A stretch of 64,000 nt of DNA, from the NCBI GenBank assembly GCA_964607835.1, contig CAZSLL010000002.1, forward strand, positions 20,014 through 84,013, in the 5' to 3' direction. The stretch comes from an uncultured archaeon (lineage in GTDB: Archaea > Aenigmatarchaeota > Aenigmatarchaeia > QMZP01). Made by a program: the position numbers and the translations under genes. Position 1 is the first letter of the stretch, and each line of letters opens with the position of its first letter. The notes under the pieces are model-generated. The model did no database searches, was not told the origin of the DNA, and saw nothing but the letters and a program-made list of their open reading frames with translations. Shown piece by piece: positions 30,001-36,000 of this stretch.

Positions 30001-33000
30001 GTTGTCTACAGCCAGCTCTACGTGAACTACACCGAGCCCGGCCAGGGCCATGTCCTCAACAGGAACGTGACCTATGACCTCAACGTGACTGTCAATGACG
30101 ACTGCGGGATGTACATAAACGACTCCAGCGTGACCTGGCAGAACGAGTCCTACAGCATCATCAACTACACTGACAACGGCAGCCTTGGCCACTACGCCAC
30201 TGAATGGACAATACCAGAGCCATACCAGCGCGGGCCTGACACCCTGACCATAAACGCCACAAAATCCTATCACGACCTGGGAACCAACACCACAGACATT
30301 CTGATTTACGGGTGGGCCAGCATAGATGCCATGTGGCCGGGCAACGGGACAGAGTACGATGCAGGGGCACTCAGCTCCTGGATAAACTGCCATCTCATTG
30401 ACGTCAACACCAGGCAGTCGATTGAGAGCTACGACGTGGGATTCTACAAGAATGGCGTCTACAATGACACTGACTCCACCAACGCGCAGGGCAACGCCAG
30501 CTGGTTCTGGTACACCGAGTACGAGGATGCCGGCTACTACAACATCTCCTGCCGCATTAATGATGAGGACGTGCTCTACTACAACGTTTCCGTGGGCGAG
30601 AGGCTGAGCAACATAACGGTCAAGAGGCAGCTCATAATCGACCAGATAGAGCTGGACAATTCCACAATATACAGGAACGACAGCTATGACCCCCACCACA
30701 CTGAGCTCAGGGTTCACGTCAACGACGCCCAGATAGGCAACGCCACTGACGCCAACGTGAGCTTCTGGAACAGCACCGCCCCCCTCGGAAACTGCACCAC
30801 AGACCAGTACGGGTGGTGCAACATAACCTACAACGCCAGCGACACCGCCCAGCCGGGCAACTACACAATAATCATAAACGCCACAAAGGTCGGTGTGACG
30901 GACTCAGAGACCGAGGAGGCCTATGTCAAGGTCAAGGGCGTGCTGATGCTGGACATCCTCTCTCCGGTGAACGAGAGCACGCACGCCAAGACAGGGAGCG
31001 TTACCCTTAACGTCAACGTCACTGACGAGGCCGGCAACATAGTCTCTGGAACAGACGTGGAGTGGTGGAACGAGACCTCCATGCTCACTGACCTCCAGAC
31101 ATATCCCAACTTCCCGCTGGTGAGCCAGGAGGCGGGCAACCGCACCATAACGGTATACTCGAGCGAGGACTACTATGACTCGGCCAGCGAGTACGCCATA
31201 ATAACCATCCAGGCCGTGGCTGATGTATATTACATGTCACCGCCAAACATGAGCCTTCTCTCCTACCCCAACGCATTCGACACCCTCTGCAGGGTCAGGT
31301 ACGCCCAGGCGGCAGGCGGCGGCCCGGTCGAGGACTACGAGGTCGAGTTGTACTACTACTGGGAGGACGCTGGGCTGCCCTGGATTTACATCAACAACTT
31401 CACCACCAACAGCACCGGCTACATCACACATTCCTTCAGCCCGTCCCAGAAGGGATACCTCAACCTCAAGTGCAACATAACCGACAACACAAGCAGGCTC
31501 ATCCAGGCAGGGGTCTCAGAGGCACAGGGATACGTAAGGCTCCAGGACGTCATAGAACCGAGCATAACCAACCTCTCCATAGTGCCCAATGCAAGTATAG
31601 AGGCAAACCTCAACTTCACCAACATCACGGCAAACGTGACAGATGACGTGGGCATATACTCTGTGTGGGCACAGATATTCCTGCCCAACGGGACCAGCAT
31701 AAACGTGACCATGACCAACGAGAGCCTTGGCGGGGACCTCTACAGGGTCTCTTATGTGCCTGAGCTCCACGGCCTGCACAGGGTCAGGGTCTGGGCGAGG
31801 GACCTGGGACCCGAGTTCAACGACGCGAGCGAGTGGGCAGGGTACTTCGACGTCTGGGGCAAGATTAGCGGCCTCATCGAGCTCAACGACACTGTGCTCA
31901 TATCGGGAATCACCTACACCCAGGGCGGCCAGTTCAATATGTCCGTAAACTTCACCAACCTCGGCCCGCCCAGCGGATACAGCATTGAGCTGAGGTCACT
32001 GGACGACCCCAATGACACCCTTGTGTTCAACGACACCTACCAGAGCCTTGGAAAGATGTACGTGAACGAGACCTACACCTGGCCCGTGACCGTTGACGTC
32101 CCCGCGGCCACGCCGCCCATCATAATACGGTCTGTGATATACGCCAACTGGACAGACCCTGACCTCACCCAGAACTCCACCATGAACTGGAGCACTGTGT
32201 ACATATCCTCCAACCCGCTACTGGACATAGTGGAGGACTCGCTCACAAATACCACCCCGCACGACAGCGAGCTTCTGTACGTGGGCAGGTTTACGGTGTA
32301 CTCCTCAGGCAACGATGCTGTGGACGACATTGAGCTCTACATGGTCGGGGGCAACCTCAGCACCATGTGCCCTGAATGCGAGGTGGACATAATCCCGTCC
32401 GGGTGGGGAAGGCTCGAGGCAGGCGGGACCTTCAACTCGAGCATATACGTGGACATCCCAGCCGGGCAGGACCCCGGGCAGTACTACACCATCGTGAGGG
32501 CAGACCCGGTCAACACGGAATACGATGACATGGTGCTCACGCTGAACATCCCTGAGAACAAGACCTGGCTCAGGACCCCGTCGAGCTTCTCCAGTGCTGA
32601 TGAGCCCATACTGGCCCTTCTGAACACCACCGACGTCATAGGCAACATCACGGCCACCAGCATAGGCAACGCCAGGATTGTCCTCAAGGTCTACAAGACC
32701 GAGAACGGCTCTGACCTCGTGACCATGGACCCCGAGTACTTCGAGCTGGGCAAGCAAGTCATAAGGAACTCCACAATAAGCTACGTGGTTCCCACCTCAA
32801 AGCCCAAGGGCATGTACTATGTAAAGCTCCTGGTAAGGAACAACACGGCAGACCCCCAGCAGTACGTCACAGACCTCTGGCTCAACGTAACTGACATACC
32901 GCCGCTCATAGAAAACGTCACAGTGGACCCGCTCATATTCGAGGCAGGCTACGAGAACGTGAGCATAGCGGCTGACATCACAGACAACTTCGATGTGGAC

Positions 33001-36000
33001 GAGGCATGGATTAAGGTAATCCAGCCCGACGACTGGCACTACACCAACGACTCCAGGATGATACACAACTCAGGGGGAAGTCCGGATGACGGATACAACC
33101 ACACTGAGCCCCTCATGAGCCAGTACGAGCCACAGCTGCTCTTCTTCAACGTGACCGTGGTCAACAACGATGCCTCCTCCATGGCCATGAACCTCACGGT
33201 AAACGGCCATCTTGTGGCAGAGGACGTGAGCATCCCCCCGGGAAGCAATATCTCTGTTGATGCTGTGGCCAACAACGCCACATTTACCATGCCCGGGGAT
33301 CAGGAAATCAACATTAGCCTTGATGGCAACTACACCTACATGGTCTGGCTGGACTACTCCCTGCTGGACGTTAGCTCGTACATCGAGTACATGAACGACA
33401 CAGAAAAACCCCATTACACCTCCATCTATACATCTGGCCAGGAGGGATTCCATGAGCTCTACATATGCGCCAACGACACAACCGGCCTGGGGGGTTGTGT
33501 GCACTACCAGCTCCTGGCCGCCTCCACCACCCCGCTTTCCATGCTCACCAACATCACCGAGGTCAACATAACAAACATAACCTTCTCCAGCTCAGACTAC
33601 TTCACATTTAACTTCACCGTGGAGCCCCAGTGGGCCAGGGCCCTGGACCTCAACCTGAGCCTGGTCATGGAGAACGGCTGGACCGCCTCCCCAGATTTCA
33701 TAAGGGCAGGGGATGTCCTCAAGGTCGAAAACCACACCAACGAAACCGAGGTGGGCGTGGCCTCGGGCACCCTCCCGGGCAATTATTCGGTCACTCTCCT
33801 CGCCAACTGGACCGAGCTCAACGGATGGACCAACGGAACCAACCAGACCAGCATACTGGTCATGGTCCAGGCCAACCCCTCCATCATAATCGTGGAGGAC
33901 TCCCTGAACTACAACATACGGGGAGGGAACTCTGACAACAGGACCATGAACCTGTTCAGCAACGGAAACGCCAACGCCACAAACGTGACCTACAACTGCA
34001 CCTGGGGCGAGGTGTGCCAGAACTTCACGGTGTCCTTTGACCCTGTCAATATCTCGGTCATGCAGCCCGGGACCACCCAGGGGGTCAACGTGACCATTGC
34101 CGTTCCCACGCTCTACGAGGCCAGCGAGACCGGGTACCCTGGCATAGTGGAGGTCACCGAGGCCAGCGGCTCCTCTGACACAGTATACATAGTGGTAACC
34201 GTGCCCATCAACCTCTCCTGGGAGCACGACCCCGAATCCCTTATCGTCAACCTGAGCCACGACACCTCAGGCGTGCTGGGGGAGATAGACGTCAGGAACA
34301 TAGGCAACGCCCATGTGCTACTGGAGGTGGTGCAGTCAGGCAATGGGACCCCGTACATGCCCCTGGACAGGGATGAGCTCTCCCTGGATATCCTGGAGAG
34401 GGACACCATAACCGTGAACTACAGCCTGCCCTACCTCGCGAACGTGGTGACCTACCAGAGCATGATAAGGACAGAGAACCTCACAGCAGACCCCACCTTC
34501 AGGCAGACCATGGTCACGGCAAATATCTTCCCGTTCTCCATGAACCTCACCTACCCCACACGGCAGAATCCGGTCATGAACGTGTCCGGCAACAGCACAG
34601 TGCACGCCCTCATCAACGTGACATATGCAGGAGAGCCCCTCAACACGAGCGTGGCCTTCAATCTCACCCTGTTCAACGCAACAGGGAGCTGGCCCCTCAA
34701 CATCACCAACGCGACATACTCGAACTACACCGGGCTCTGGAACGTGACCTTTGTGGCGCCCAACATAAGCGAGAACAAGGGATATGACCTCAACGCCAGC
34801 GCCGTGTACGAGCCCGCGAACATATGGCTCCATGACATGGAGCAGAAGGCCGTTATTTACATAGACCGGATCGCCCCTTATGTGGCAATAGACGTGGCCC
34901 CCAGGGTGCCCCAGAACTCCACTGCATACATATACATCAACGTCACTGATTCAGGAGGGGTCTCCAGGGCAGAGCTCAACATGTCCTTCCCTGACAACTC
35001 CACCACGGGATTCCAGGCCGAGCTTGTTAGCAAGAGCGGTGACCTCTACCGGTTCCTGGTCAAGACCAACCTCACAACCCAGATAGGCATGTACTACCTC
35101 AACGCCACTGCATGGGACCTCTCTGAGAACTGGAACTACTCAGAGGCCACCTTTGAGATATACCCGGCAGTGGTGTGGTCAGGCAACTCGGTGGACATGG
35201 AGAAGATACACAGGCCGCCCTTCAACCTCAATTTCACTTTCTGGCTCTCCGGCACCTCTTTCGAGGCCTACAACTTCACCACAGAGCCCGCGGGCCACTA
35301 CAACGAGACCCTTGACATGAGGCCCTATGATATTGGGGTGGGCTTCAGGAACGAGACCCTGACCATGTACGAGGCAGACCTGGTGCAGGACGTTTACAAC
35401 CCCGTGCTCTTCGGAAAGATACCAAGCGTCAAGCTGCCGAGGAAATCCCTGAAGGGATACTATATATACACCACCCCGGTCAACTACAGCTACGCAGGCC
35501 TGGTCATTGACTGCGAGGAATGCTATATTGACGGGGAGTGCAAGGTTTCTGACTTCACCCTTCAGAACCTGGGGCTCTACCGCTGCGACGCCTGGCAGCC
35601 CATGGAGGGATGCACAGGCACATGGTCTGCCATGGACAGCAGCGTGAACGCCAGCCTCTATACCATATCAGTAAACTCCACCTCCATGACCGGGGCATAT
35701 GTCCTGGCCGAGTGGCTGTGCGGGGACGGCGAGTGCGAGGAGGACAAGGGGGAATCCTTCGCCACCTGCCCCACTGACTGTGAGCTGGACATACCAGAGG
35801 AGCAGGAAGGGGGCGAGAGCGGCGGTGGCGGGGCCTCAGGCGGCGCGGCAGGAGGCGCGGCAGGCGGAGCAGCAGGCGAGGAGATATCCCTGTCAGGCCC
35901 TGTGGAGGTCAAGACCACACTCATTGACATAATCCTGGGCCAGGGCGAGTACGAGATACACTCCATGGAGATAGTGAACAGCCAGCCGACCTCCATATCC